Assembly (NCBI GenBank): GCA_027345185.1
Contig: DAHWIK010000022.1
Span: forward strand, 1-43,586
Source: Candidatus Micrarchaeota archaeon
GTDB lineage: Archaea > Micrarchaeota > Micrarchaeia > Micrarchaeales > CABMGC01
Length of the DNA stretch: 43,586 nucleotides
Reading direction: 5' to 3'
This document shows, piece by piece, positions 17,074 through 26,789 of this stretch (its first letter is position 1; each line of letters opens with the position of its first letter). Made by a program: the position numbers and the translations under genes. The notes under the pieces were generated by a model, which saw only the letters and a list, made by a program, of their open reading frames with translations, searched no databases and was not told the origin of the DNA.

Positions 17074-17961
17074 TTACTTTGCCTGTTCCTCAGCCTTAGG
17101 CTCCTCTGCCTTTGACGCCCCGAGCCTGACCATTCCGTTAAGGCTTAGCGCCTCCCTGACCGCCCTTGCTATGAGCTTATCCGTTATGCCTGGCTCGTAT
17201 ATCTCCGCTTCTAATCCTAGACCAAGCGCTGAGAGGTATGCCCTCCTTATGAATGTGCCAGCATTATACCTTGTCACTAATCCGATCTGCGTCGCAAGCG
17301 CATTTGCCTGCAGGAAATTGCGCGTTGCCTCGTTTGTCACGAACTGCGTATCCACTGCTAGAGTCACCTCGTTGAAAAGCAGGTCTCCTTGAACCACTGC
17401 CTTGAGCTTAGTGCCTGCCTCGAATGGCATCACATCTAGCATCTTTAGCGCCTTTGATATGGCAGTGCTTATCTTCTCACCCTTCTTGACAAGCGTCTTG
17501 CTCTTCGATATCACGACCTTTCCCTTGACGATCTGCACGTCTATTCCAGCGGCCTTCATGTCGGTGACTGCCTGACCTGGGGCGATGCTGGTCTCCCCTG
17601 ACTCTATATCTATGTCGCTGGGCGAGACCTGGTTCGGCTTTGCTATTAGCCTCATCTTGTTTGCCGATATTATTGCGTTGAGCTCGCTAGGCTCCTTGTT
17701 TGACAGGAGAATTGCGAAGTTTCCGGTAGTGTACGGCGCAAGCTTTGCAAGCCTTGGATCACTCTCAAGCAACCTTGTTGCAAGGCTTCTCCTCATTACA
17801 AGGAACTTGACCTCTGGTTTCATCTTGTTCCTTACTCGCTGCACCAAGGTGTCAGGCACCGATTCAAGAGACATTACGCCTACTGTCTTGTAGCTCTTGA
17901 GCTCCTTGGCAATCTTCTTGACGTACTCTACCTTTTCGGCTTTTAACATCATGAATATCAC
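17074..17961 (-). CDS. rpl10: Ribosomal protein uL10 (P0)
   Basis: GETSIAPG and GEKISTAISKALKMLDVMP; located between rpl1 and rpl12. Confidence 0.95.
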   Translation of the reverse strand: MIFMMLKAEKVEYVKKIAKELKSYKTVGVMSLESVPDTLVQRVRNKMKPEVKFLVMRRSLATRLLESDPRLAKLAPYTTGNFAILLSNKEPSELNAIISANKMRLIAKPNQVSPSDIDIESGETSIAPGQAVTDMKAAGIDVQIVKGKVVISKSKTLVKKGEKISTAISKALKMLDVMPFEAGTKLKAVVQGDLLFNEVTLAVDTQFVTNEATRNFLQANALATQIGLVTRYNAGTFIRRAYLSALGLGLEAEIYEPGITDKLIARAVREALSLNGMVRLGASKAEEPKAEEQAK

Positions 17962-18593
17962 ACTACCCTGAGCGGCTTGCTCATTGTAAGCTTAACATAA
18001 GCGGACCTTATGTGGCTCCCCCCAACCTTCTTCGTGACGGTGTTCAGCACTTCCCTTACATTATCATATATCTTAGCTGGCTCCATCTCCTCATTGCCGA
18101 CTATGCAGTGGACTGTTGGGAGGTTCTTTCCCCTGTTCTTTATGCTAATCCTCTTGTTGAGCTCAATTGCAAGGTTAGCCATGCTTGCGTTGCTTCCAAC
18201 GAGCGGCTTTGGCATCTTGTTCCTTGGACCTAGAAATTGGCCCAGATTCTTTGCAACGAGCGGCATTAGATTAGGCTGGGCCATCAGTTCGTAATCAAGC
18301 AGCGAGTTGAGCCTTGCCGGATCCTTTGATATCTTCTCTATCTCAGCGCCGTCTATGACCTCTACGCCATTCTTCCTAGCCTCCTCAAGCACGGCGCGGT
18401 CTGTTGCGAAAACACCTATCTTCATGGTCTTTCCCTTTCCGTTCGGCAGTATTATCTCGATATTGACCCTGTTGTCCTGCTTGGAGAAGTCTATGCCCTT
18501 GAAATTTATAGCAAGTTCCACAGTCTGCTTGAACTTCCTCTGGCCCTTATTCTCGGCTATGAACTTGTTGAATGCCTCTAAGTCTTCTACCAT
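17958..18593 (-). CDS. rpl1: Ribosomal protein uL1
   Basis: RKFKQTVELAINFK, LGQFLGPRNKMP and YVKLTMSKP. Confidence 0.97.
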   Translation of the reverse strand: MVEDLEAFNKFIAENKGQRKFKQTVELAINFKGIDFSKQDNRVNIEIILPNGKGKTMKIGVFATDRAVLEEARKNGVEVIDGAEIEKISKDPARLNSLLDYELMAQPNLMPLVAKNLGQFLGPRNKMPKPLVGSNASMANLAIELNKRISIKNRGKNLPTVHCIVGNEEMEPAKIYDNVREVLNTVTKKVGGSHIRSAYVKLTMSKPLRVV

Positions 18594-18595
18594 AA

Positions 18596-18631
18596 TTATC
18601 CCTCCTGCATAATGCAGTAGTTGCGGGAAAA
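18596..18631 (-). promoter_or_regulatory. Putative L1-binding autoregulatory leader overlapping the rpl1 SD
   Basis: The mRNA UCCC-GCAACUA-CUGCA-UUA-UGCAG-GA-GGGA forms two stems around an asymmetric loop and sequesters GGAGG. Confidence 0.55.
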
Positions 18632-18727
18632 TACGCTGTGATTTACATTATTCCTTATCAATATAAAAGCTTTCCTGTTCACATTGCCAACTTTTTAATA
18701 TGATTGCGGTTGTATTACAGTGATTCA

Positions 18728-19291
18728 ATGTCAAATCATGCCGGACTGGCAACTAGGGTAAAGGACGTGGAGGCACTGAGAGATCTTGATGTTTTAGTCA
18801 GATCCGCGGTTGTGGGAAACGATCTCTATATCAGGCATATTAATCCGGTTGGAACATATGGCGGATTTGTGGCCAAGACTGCAAAAGTCACTGCGGATTC
18901 CTTTGTTGGGATACGGGCCTTGGTTCTTGGCAGGGCTGTCGTAATAGAAGGCTCTAACCTCACTGGAAAATCAACTGTGAAAGACTACGCAAAGGTGATA
19001 AATTCAACTCTTGCTGGAAGTCCTGAGGTCAAGGAGGACGCCAAGGTGATAAAGTCGCAGGTGTTGATGGAATGCGTTGTTGCTGGAAATTCGGTAGTAG
19101 TGGATTCAACAATATCCTTCAATGCATATGTCGCCGGATCGCTGGTTGAGAAGTCGCATATAGGAGAAGGCCGTTTCCTTGTGGATATTTCTGTGAAGAA
19201 TAACATATTTGAAGGATACGTAAGGAAAGGATCTGGTGGAAAATCCTTGGTATATGGAGACTTGTGGACGCCGCTCAGGAGAATTGAGTGA
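18728..19291 (+). CDS. Left-handed beta-helix (hexapeptide-like repeat) protein
   Basis: GGFVAKTAKV then repeats like STVKDYAKVINS, PEVKEDAKVIKS and VVAGNSVVVDS. Confidence 0.7.
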   Translation: MSNHAGLATRVKDVEALRDLDVLVRSAVVGNDLYIRHINPVGTYGGFVAKTAKVTADSFVGIRALVLGRAVVIEGSNLTGKSTVKDYAKVINSTLAGSPEVKEDAKVIKSQVLMECVVAGNSVVVDSTISFNAYVAGSLVEKSHIGEGRFLVDISVKNNIFEGYVRKGSGGKSLVYGDLWTPLRRIE

Positions 19292-19456
19292 GAAACCCAG
19301 GCTCTTGCAGGTATTCTGGATGTTATTTTTGTCTGGGCAGGGATTTGCCAAATTATATACGATTTTCGTAATTGATTTGCGTTTCGCACAGAATATTTAA
19401 ATATAACTACAAACGAGATATTTTCTATTACCGTGGTGTGATCTGGGGATTTGAGG

Positions 19457-21637
19457 ATGGTAGATGTTAAGATGGTTACTGCAAGAAGGGATGTGGTTGC
19501 TGCTGAAAGGTCGGTAGTCAACGGACCGCCAGCCACTAGAAGCGAGGATGCAAGCATGGTGATGCACGGTACTGTCGTGAAGGATCCTTACAGATGGTTG
19601 AATAATTCTGATAGCCCTGAAGTCAGGAGATGGGTGGTTGAGCAGAACAATAACTCGCGCAGATACTTTGACAGCTCTGAAGTGAGAGACCACATACACA
19701 GAAGGCTGGAGGAGCTTGAGAGCGGCCCTGAAGTCGGAACGCCGATACCCATGGCCACAAAACTACCTTCTGGAAAACTCAGGTATTTCATGTTCAGGCG
19801 GCTTGAAGGAGACGAATACAAGGTTTTGTATTATATGGATGGCCTTGACGGAAAGCCCAAGGTGGCAATAGACCCGAGCAAGCTTAGCAGGGATGGCAAG
19901 GACTCCATGATAGACTGGTTCCCGTACGATGATGGAAGCAAGATTGCATTTACAGTATCGCATCGCGGAAGCGACGTGACGACCATCAAGGTAATTGACC
20001 TTGGAACTGGAAAGATCCTAAAGGATAAGATAGAGAAGGTCACTTTTGCGTCGGTTGAGTGGACTAATGATGGTGATGGATTCTATTACAGCCTGTGGCC
20101 AGACCTAAAGAACTATCCTGATGCAAAGAGGTTCAACCACGTCTACTACCATAAACTGGGAACCTCGCAGGAAAGAGACAAGGGCATATTCGGCAAGGGA
20201 CTGGGCGCTGACAAGAGCTGCTATGTAGATATGGATGCAGCAGGAAGGAACCTATTCATCTACGTATCGGACAATGTGAATAACGATCTCTATTACAAAA
20301 AACTCAGCAAGAATGCAAATCCTGAAATAAGAGTGCTCATAAAAGACAAGGAGGCGTCGTTCTCAGTAGTTGACATAGTAGGCAATACTGCGTACGTGCT
20401 GACAAATTATGATGCCCAGAACTATAGAGTCATAAGCTTTAACCTTGACAGCCCAGCTGAAAAGAACTGGAAGACTGTAATAAAGGAGTCAGACATGCCA
20501 ATTGAGAGCCTGATAAGTCATGGAAGCAGGATTACTGTAAAATACCTTAGGGACGGATACTCTGAGATAAGTGTCTTCTCCTTGACAGGAAGGCGGCTAG
20601 CCGATATCGATCTCCCTATAGAAGGCTCGGCGACACTGCCCTTTGCAGGTTGGGGCAATACAGGCTATTTTCACATGGGATCGCTGGTTTCTTCAGAGGC
20701 AGATTACAAGTTGAATTACGCCCATTACACTATAGAGAAATTACAACGGTCTAACATCATTGAGCCAAACAGGATAGACATGAGCAAGTACGAGATGAAG
20801 CAGGTGTGGTGCAAATCTAAGGACGGGACAGATTTTCCAATGTTCATGGTCAGTAAAAAAGGGGTCAAGAGGAACGGCAACAACCCAGTTCTGCTCTATG
20901 GATACGGAGGATTCAACCTTGCCAGCGAGCCGGACTTCAATCGTTCGATAATACCCTTTCTCGAGGACGGCGGAGTCTATGTCATAGCGAACATCAGGGG
21001 AGGCGGGGAGTATGGGACGGGTTGGTACGAGGCTGGAATTGGCAAGAACAAGCAGAACTCCTATGACGATTTCATATCTGCGGCTGAATGGCTAATAAAA
21101 AACAACTACACAAACAGCAACAGGCTCGGTATAACTGGTCGAAGCAACGGCGGTCTCCTTACTGCTGCAGTAGTGGCGCAGAGGCCTGACCTATTCAAAG
21201 CAGTGGTGTCAGAGATGCCCTTGACAGACATTATCAGTGCAGACAGGTTCGACATAGGACCGCTCTGCAAAAAGGAGTACGGAGACCCGGCTATTCCAGA
21301 GGAATTTGTGTATATGATAAAATATTCTCCGTATCACAACATAAAGCCAGGAATCCAGTATCCTTCTGTTTTGGTGATCGGAGGCGAGAACGACACGCGA
21401 TGCGATCCGTTGCACGCTAGAAAGTTCGCTGCGATAGTGCAGAATTCCACTACATCCAGCAATCCGGTGCTTCTTCTCATGCAGAGAGACATAGGCCACG
21501 GCGGATCCACAATGCCTGTGAGAAAGAGCCAGCAGCTTGAATGGACCACAGACTGGCTCACCTTCATATACGAGGAACTGGGAATGGTAGCAGAAGTGAA
21601 TAAAAGACAGTTAGAGGAGCTTAAGCGCGCCGGTTAG
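19457..21637 (+). CDS. Prolyl oligopeptidase (S9A)
   Basis: DPYRWL, LYGYGGF, NIRGGGEYG, catalytic GRSNGG, DTRCDP and IGHGG. Confidence 0.95.
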   Translation: MVDVKMVTARRDVVAAERSVVNGPPATRSEDASMVMHGTVVKDPYRWLNNSDSPEVRRWVVEQNNNSRRYFDSSEVRDHIHRRLEELESGPEVGTPIPMATKLPSGKLRYFMFRRLEGDEYKVLYYMDGLDGKPKVAIDPSKLSRDGKDSMIDWFPYDDGSKIAFTVSHRGSDVTTIKVIDLGTGKILKDKIEKVTFASVEWTNDGDGFYYSLWPDLKNYPDAKRFNHVYYHKLGTSQERDKGIFGKGLGADKSCYVDMDAAGRNLFIYVSDNVNNDLYYKKLSKNANPEIRVLIKDKEASFSVVDIVGNTAYVLTNYDAQNYRVISFNLDSPAEKNWKTVIKESDMPIESLISHGSRITVKYLRDGYSEISVFSLTGRRLADIDLPIEGSATLPFAGWGNTGYFHMGSLVSSEADYKLNYAHYTIEKLQRSNIIEPNRIDMSKYEMKQVWCKSKDGTDFPMFMVSKKGVKRNGNNPVLLYGYGGFNLASEPDFNRSIIPFLEDGGVYVIANIRGGGEYGTGWYEAGIGKNKQNSYDDFISAAEWLIKNNYTNSNRLGITGRSNGGLLTAAVVAQRPDLFKAVVSEMPLTDIISADRFDIGPLCKKEYGDPAIPEEFVYMIKYSPYHNIKPGIQYPSVLVIGGENDTRCDPLHARKFAAIVQNSTTSSNPVLLLMQRDIGHGGSTMPVRKSQQLEWTTDWLTFIYEELGMVAEVNKRQLEELKRAG

Positions 21638-21976
21638 AATATCCAGATCCTTTCCCTTCCACGGACCTATGCCTAATGCAGTCATGGTCCCTCTGGGGAG
21701 CTGTGTCAACCCGGCATCAGAGACAAGGGCGCAGGGAATTCCCTTGTACTTGAAGGCTTCTGCAAGCCGCTTCATCTTCTCCTCGTCGTCTATCTTAAGG
21801 ATTATCTTCTTCTCACCTTCTTTGATCCACCGTTCAGCTACATCCTTGTGCACCTTCACTGTCTCTAGATAGCTCATGAGCGATGCGTGAGCTCCCTGGG
21901 CTACTGTCTTTCCAGTGCCCATGTCAAGGTCCTTCCTTATTATTATCACTTGCTTGAGTTCTTCTTCGTCCATCAT
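21611..21976 (-). CDS. pth2: Peptidyl-tRNA hydrolase Pth2
   Basis: KQVIIIRKDLDMGTGKTVAQGAHA, DAGLTQL, ALGIGP and LKLL. Confidence 0.95.
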   Translation of the reverse strand: MMDEEELKQVIIIRKDLDMGTGKTVAQGAHASLMSYLETVKVHKDVAERWIKEGEKKIILKIDDEEKMKRLAEAFKYKGIPCALVSDAGLTQLPRGTMTALGIGPWKGKDLDILTGALKLL

Positions 21977-22098
21977 GACACCTTTGCCGCGGTTCTCGGA
22001 ATTCCGCGCATAAGCTTGCATAGCAGTGGTGCATTTTCATTTATTATCCTTCTTGCAATATCTTCAGGATCTATGAGTCTAGAATGCAACACTTTCAT
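21973..22098 (-). CDS. Small 41-aa protein (not in ORF track)
   Basis: MKVLHSRLIDPEDIARRIINENAPLLCKLMRGIPRTAAKVS; ATGA overlaps with both neighbours. Confidence 0.55.
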   Translation of the reverse strand: MKVLHSRLIDPEDIARRIINENAPLLCKLMRGIPRTAAKVS

Positions 22099-22337
22099 AT
22101 CATCTTGAGCTTCTGCTTCGCGCGCTCTATCTCCTTCTGGGCCTTGTGCATATGCTCTGCTACTATGTCGAGGTTCTCCAGAAGGCCATCCTCTAGGTCT
22201 GTCTTTGCCTTCCTTGCAATCCTCTTAGCTACAACGCCGCGCAGTGTCTTCTCATGCGTCTTGAGCTGCCTTGAAATAGTCTCCAGCATGTGATAGTCCT
22301 TCAGGACTTCTCCGCTTCCGGTTCTCTTTTTCGTCAT
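22095..22337 (-). CDS. Small basic coiled-coil hypothetical protein
   Basis: 80-aa ORF with an AT-rich promoter-like region upstream; first gene of the unit containing pth2. Confidence 0.65.
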   Translation of the reverse strand: MTKKRTGSGEVLKDYHMLETISRQLKTHEKTLRGVVAKRIARKAKTDLEDGLLENLDIVAEHMHKAQKEIERAKQKLKMI

Positions 22338-22426
22338 TCAAATCAACTTTTCAGGAGGTTTTGGACATAAATATATCTCCTGCAAGCTATTTATTGGTTA
22401 CATGGCCTAATAGATAAGGGGCTAGC

Positions 22427-23629
22427 ATGTCATCTCCTAATGCGGACAATGGAGCCGGCCTTGTAAACGGTTTGATTTCTGGTTTTTACAAAACAGCCAC
22501 TGGACTTGCACCGGACAGGATAGCTGAGCGTGAGTTCGGAGTGGGTAATTTTGACGTTAAGATCTCTCAGAGGCACATGTCCTTCAGGAACGAGCACGAC
22601 CTCAGGGGCTACCTATCGGCAAACGCCATACCTTATGTATCGTCTTCATCTGCATACTACAAATTCCCCACAGGAAGGCCCATGGAGAGGAAGGGCTGGA
22701 TGGGGTCTGAACTCGTTTTTGACCTTGACGTTACAGACATGGATTTGCCATGCCAGATCAAGCATGGAAAGTCGTGGGTGTGCAGCGTCTGTCTTGAAGA
22801 GATAAAGAAGGAAACGATAAAGCTTGTATATGATTTCCTTGTGGCTGATTTCGGGTTCTCTGAAAAGGAGATCGACGTGAATTTCAGCGGAAACCGTGGG
22901 TATCACGTCCATGTGAAGAACAAGGACGTGCTTATGCTTGATGCTGCAGCAAGGAAACAGGTAACAGAATACATATCGGGCGTGGGAATAGACTTTGACA
23001 AGTTCTTCATGCAGACCAGCAATATCTGGGACAAGGAAACCTACAATATGAAGAAGATGAAAATGGTAACCGGCCCAAATCCCAAGGAGAAGGGGTGGGG
23101 AGGGAAGATAGCCAGAAACTTCATCTCTAGTCTGGATGCAGGCCCTAGCGCGCTTGAGCGGATGGACATTGACGCAGAAACTGCGAAGAAGCTCTACAGG
23201 AACAAGATCCTGATAGAAAGGGGCATCGGCGCAGGAAGCTGGGATTTCGGGCGTGGAATCAGCGTGAAGAAGATGGTGGAGATGTGCCGTAAGATGGTGC
23301 AGAACCAGGCGATAGTGCAGAGCGACAGGATAGATCGGAACGTCACAAACGACCCGACGCACCTCCTAAGGCTGCCAAACTCGATACATGGAGGTACGGG
23401 CCTGATCGCTAGGAAGCTTGCAGCCCCCAAGGAGCTATACAGGTTCGATCCGCTGAGTGAAGGCATAGCATTCAGGAAGGGATTCGTTAAGATAAATGCC
23501 AATACTGGCTATGAGCTCAGGATGGCAGGGCAGAAGTTCGGTCCGTACGCAGGTGAGATAAAGGTGCCCACATACGTTGGAGTATACCTTTATCTGCGCG
23601 GACTTGCCAAGATAATAAACTTTATTTAG
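22427..23629 (+). CDS. priS: DNA primase small (catalytic) subunit
   Basis: REFG, ELVFDLD, FSGNRGYHVH and IDRNVTNDPTHLLRLPNSIHG. Confidence 0.95.
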   Translation: MSSPNADNGAGLVNGLISGFYKTATGLAPDRIAEREFGVGNFDVKISQRHMSFRNEHDLRGYLSANAIPYVSSSSAYYKFPTGRPMERKGWMGSELVFDLDVTDMDLPCQIKHGKSWVCSVCLEEIKKETIKLVYDFLVADFGFSEKEIDVNFSGNRGYHVHVKNKDVLMLDAAARKQVTEYISGVGIDFDKFFMQTSNIWDKETYNMKKMKMVTGPNPKEKGWGGKIARNFISSLDAGPSALERMDIDAETAKKLYRNKILIERGIGAGSWDFGRGISVKKMVEMCRKMVQNQAIVQSDRIDRNVTNDPTHLLRLPNSIHGGTGLIARKLAAPKELYRFDPLSEGIAFRKGFVKINANTGYELRMAGQKFGPYAGEIKVPTYVGVYLYLRGLAKIINFI

Positions 23630-23675
23630 TTTTGCTTTGAATATAATGTTACAATGATTTATTCATGGTGAATTT

Positions 23676-24194
23676 ATGGGCGCTTACAAGCAGATAAACG
23701 AGACATTGCAAAAGGAATACAAGGAACGAGGCGTAGTACTGAAGTCGAGGCTCGTCGACTGGAGATCGGCTCCGCCAATAGTCAGGGTTAACCGTCCCAC
23801 AAACCTAGCGAGGGCAAGGGAGCTTGGATACAAGGCGAAACAGGGAGTGATATTGGCAAGAATAAGGATAAACAAGGGACTCAGCAAGAGGGAGAAGGCA
23901 AGGAAGGGAAGGAAGCCCTCAAAGAACGGAAGGTTCTTCGCCATGACAAAATCATTGCAGGCAATAGCAGAGGAGAGGGCTTCAAGGAAGTTCATAAACT
24001 GCGAGGTAGTAAACTCATACTACGTGGGGGAGGACGGATCGCACAAGTTCTTCGAGGCCATACTTGTTGACAAGGAGCATCCTGTGATAAAGAGCGACAG
24101 GCTCTACTCTGACGTAATCAGCAGAAAGTCAAGGGCATTTCGGGGACTGACTAGGGCCGGAAGGGAGCACCGGGACGCCATACAGGGAAGATAA
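23676..24194 (+). CDS. rpl15e: Ribosomal protein eL15
   Basis: RPTNLARARELGYKAKQG, NSYYVGEDG and RAFRGLT. Confidence 0.97.
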   Translation: MGAYKQINETLQKEYKERGVVLKSRLVDWRSAPPIVRVNRPTNLARARELGYKAKQGVILARIRINKGLSKREKARKGRKPSKNGRFFAMTKSLQAIAEERASRKFINCEVVNSYYVGEDGSHKFFEAILVDKEHPVIKSDRLYSDVISRKSRAFRGLTRAGREHRDAIQGR

Positions 24195-24197
24195 GGT

Positions 24198-24431
24198 GTG
24201 CAGTTGCCAAAATCAGAAATATACATAGAGCTAGACGGCCCAAAGGACTATTTAGAGATACTCGATGGGGAGAAGTTTAGGAACAGCAAGGTGCAGATAA
24301 ATGTCGATGGAAAGAAGCTCAGGATAAAGATAGACTCCGAAAACCCTAAGGCTCTCATATCGGCAATCGGAAACGTGGCAAAACAGATACGTATAATAGA
24401 GCAGACTGCAGAACTTTTCAAGGATAAATAG
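24198..24431 (+). CDS. KEOPS complex subunit Pcc1-like
   Basis: 77 aa; RNSKVQI...LRIKIDS...ALISAIGN pattern; follows rpl15e as in many archaea. Confidence 0.6.
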   Translation: MQLPKSEIYIELDGPKDYLEILDGEKFRNSKVQINVDGKKLRIKIDSENPKALISAIGNVAKQIRIIEQTAELFKDK

Positions 24432-24496
24432 CTAGCTGTTGCTCTGGCTTATGTCTGATTTTTTAACTTTCTTGTCTATCCTTTAATTGTGTAAGA

Positions 24497-25516
24497 ATGC
24501 GCATAATAAGATTGAACGGAGTTACCAACTTCCTGAAACTTGAGCCGGACAACATAGACGACCTCTACCTTCTTGCAATGATAATATCGAAGAATGACGT
24601 GGTCGAGGCGCACAGCACCCGCAGGTTCAGGGCCCACGAAGGCGACAAGGGAGAGCAGAAGGACGTTACCATAAGGGTGAATGTTGAGAGGAGCGAGATA
24701 GACAAAAATGCAGGCATGCTGAGGGTTTCTGGAAAGATAGTATACGGGCACCCTGAGGAATATGTGACTATGGGGAGCTACCACACGCTCAACATAGCCG
24801 CAAGGGACATAATAGATGTACAGAAGCCCGAGTGGAAGGGCTATATAATTAAGCGGCTAAAGCAGGCAGTTGCCGATTCTAAGAAGCCGAGGCTGGGAGT
24901 CATAGTGCTTGATGATGAGAAGGCGCTTGTCTCCTACATAAAAGGCTATGGGATTGAGCCCGTGTCAGAGCTTTACAGCCGGCTGAGCAAGAGGATGAAG
25001 ATGAAGGACTTTGAGGCCAGGAAGGAGGAGTACTTCGGGGAGGTTGTAGCTGCTGTGGCGAATATGTCAGTTGATATAGTTGTTATAGCTGGACCGGGCT
25101 TTACAAAGGACGACATAAAGAAGTACATAGAAGATAAGGGAAAGGAGATAAAGAAGCAACTAGTCTACGCCTCAGCAAGCGATGCGGAAAGGTCTGGAAT
25201 ACGAGAGGTCATGCAGAGCACTGCAGTCACAAAGGTCCTGGAAAACGAACATGTCAAGAGGGAATTCGGATACATAAACAGGCTGCTGCTCGAGGTGCGC
25301 GCCGGAGTGGCTTCCTATGGTACGGATAGGCTGCTCGACTCGCTGGACAGGAAGGCAGTTTCCGCAGTGCTTGTCAATGACGACATAATAAACGATGAAA
25401 GGGTCAAGCTGGTGCTCGACAAGGCGGACAAGATGGGCATAAAGATAGAGATATTCAATTCGGATGACGATGCAGGACGGCAGCTGAAGAACTTCTCAGG
25501 CATAGCCGCAGTATAA
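24497..25516 (+). CDS. pelA: Pelota/Dom34 ribosome rescue factor
   Basis: PDNIDDLYLL, LRVSGKI, GSYHTL, IAGPGFTK and GRQLKNFSGIAA. Confidence 0.95.
   Translation: MRIIRLNGVTNFLKLEPDNIDDLYLLAMIISKNDVVEAHSTRRFRAHEGDKGEQKDVTIRVNVERSEIDKNAGMLRVSGKIVYGHPEEYVTMGSYHTLNIAARDIIDVQKPEWKGYIIKRLKQAVADSKKPRLGVIVLDDEKALVSYIKGYGIEPVSELYSRLSKRMKMKDFEARKEEYFGEVVAAVANMSVDIVVIAGPGFTKDDIKKYIEDKGKEIKKQLVYASASDAERSGIREVMQSTAVTKVLENEHVKREFGYINRLLLEVRAGVASYGTDRLLDSLDRKAVSAVLVNDDIINDERVKLVLDKADKMGIKIEIFNSDDDAGRQLKNFSGIAAV
25310..25516 (+). repeat. Direct repeat copy 1 (pelota 3' end, 207 bp)
   Basis: Aligns without gaps to 26968-27174; the last 90 bp are identical. Confidence 0.95.
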
Positions 25517-25610
25517 CTTTGCAGGGATAGACGTTGGGAGATTTGCAGTAAATTGCTACCAATATTTTGATACCGTTTGTGGGATTTTGTATCTTTACAT
25601 TTATATAGCC

Positions 25611-26789
25611 CTACTGCTTCAAAGTAGATATCAGCTCGGAGATGTCCGTAAACTTTATGATGCAACTGCCGACTTTTATCCTTGATTTTAATCCTTCATT
25701 GAATACCACAAAGCCGCGCTTTGGGGCATATGTCGCTATGAACGAGTGCATGCTCCTCTCAACCTGACTTCCGTTTGCCTTTACTTTCACTTCGATAGGT
25801 ATTATTTCACTTCCTTTCTGGACTACGAAATCTACCTCGGCCCTGCCCTTTGTCTGCCAGTATCTTACATTCGCTCCTGATTTTATCAGCTCTGTGAGGA
25901 CATAGTTCTCAAACAGCTTCCCTTTTATTTCAGGGCTTATACTGAATTCGTTGGCTATGGCATTCCTCAATCCGGTGTCAATAAAATAAATTTTGGGCTG
26001 TTTCAAAACCTCTTTGAGCTTATTCCTGTAAAATGGTTGTATGCGAACTATCAAATAACTCTTTTCCATTGCATCCATGTATTTTTTAACTGATTGGAAA
26101 GACATTCCTAGATCATTGCATATATTGCCGTATATAACAACATTGCCGATGTAATGTGAAAGGTATGCGGATAATCTTTCCAGTGAACTTATGTCTTCTA
26201 TTTGGAAAGTCCTGGCCATATCTTTAAGTGTAATTGTTTCGGCAAGGCCCCTTAGAAGAAGTTCCTTGTCCTGTCTTTCTGGTTCAAGGACAACTTTTGG
26301 ATATCCCCCATATACCATATGCTCCTCAACGGCTCTAAGTTGTATTTTTTCTGTAACCTCTCTGATATTTTTTGTTGCAAGGAACTCTCCTAATGAAAAT
26401 GGGTAGATTCTTATTACCTCGGCCCTACCTACAAGCCATGAAAGAACCTCTTTACCCAGAGTCAATTGCGATGAGGACGTTACCCAGAGCCTCTTGCCAG
26501 AGTCAGCCAAATACTTTAGCTTCATTCCAGGATCTTTACCGTATTGGACTTCATCCAGTATGGTAACCGCTTCTCCACGAACATATTGATTCTCAAATCC
26601 CTTTATGTCTCTATCGAAAAGATCCTTTACATCTGGATCGTCAAAGGAAATGTACTGCGCTCCTACCTTTTTTGATTGCTCCTTTAGGAAAGTGGTCTTT
26701 CCGGCCTGTCGAGGCCCTACCACCACCACTATATTATTAAGCCTTGCAGCAGAATTGAATTGCTTGGTTATATCGCGGCTTATGTACAT
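25611..26789 (-). CDS. AAA+ ATPase with DUF4143 (wHTH + PD-(D/E)XK) C-terminus
   Basis: GPRQAGKTT, ILDEVQ, GGYP, PKIYFIDTGL, LFENYV and EVDFV...IPIEVK; AT-richer than its flanks. Confidence 0.92.
   Translation of the reverse strand: MYISRDITKQFNSAARLNNIVVVVGPRQAGKTTFLKEQSKKVGAQYISFDDPDVKDLFDRDIKGFENQYVRGEAVTILDEVQYGKDPGMKLKYLADSGKRLWVTSSSQLTLGKEVLSWLVGRAEVIRIYPFSLGEFLATKNIREVTEKIQLRAVEEHMVYGGYPKVVLEPERQDKELLLRGLAETITLKDMARTFQIEDISSLERLSAYLSHYIGNVVIYGNICNDLGMSFQSVKKYMDAMEKSYLIVRIQPFYRNKLKEVLKQPKIYFIDTGLRNAIANEFSISPEIKGKLFENYVLTELIKSGANVRYWQTKGRAEVDFVVQKGSEIIPIEVKVKANGSQVERSMHSFIATYAPKRGFVVFNEGLKSRIKVGSCIIKFTDISELISTLKQ

Noticed and set aside
21590-21637. Prolyl oligopeptidase tail RQLEELKRAG as a fourth copy of the C-terminal motif
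   Set aside because: The match is weak, and the region is constrained by the convergent pth2 overlap.
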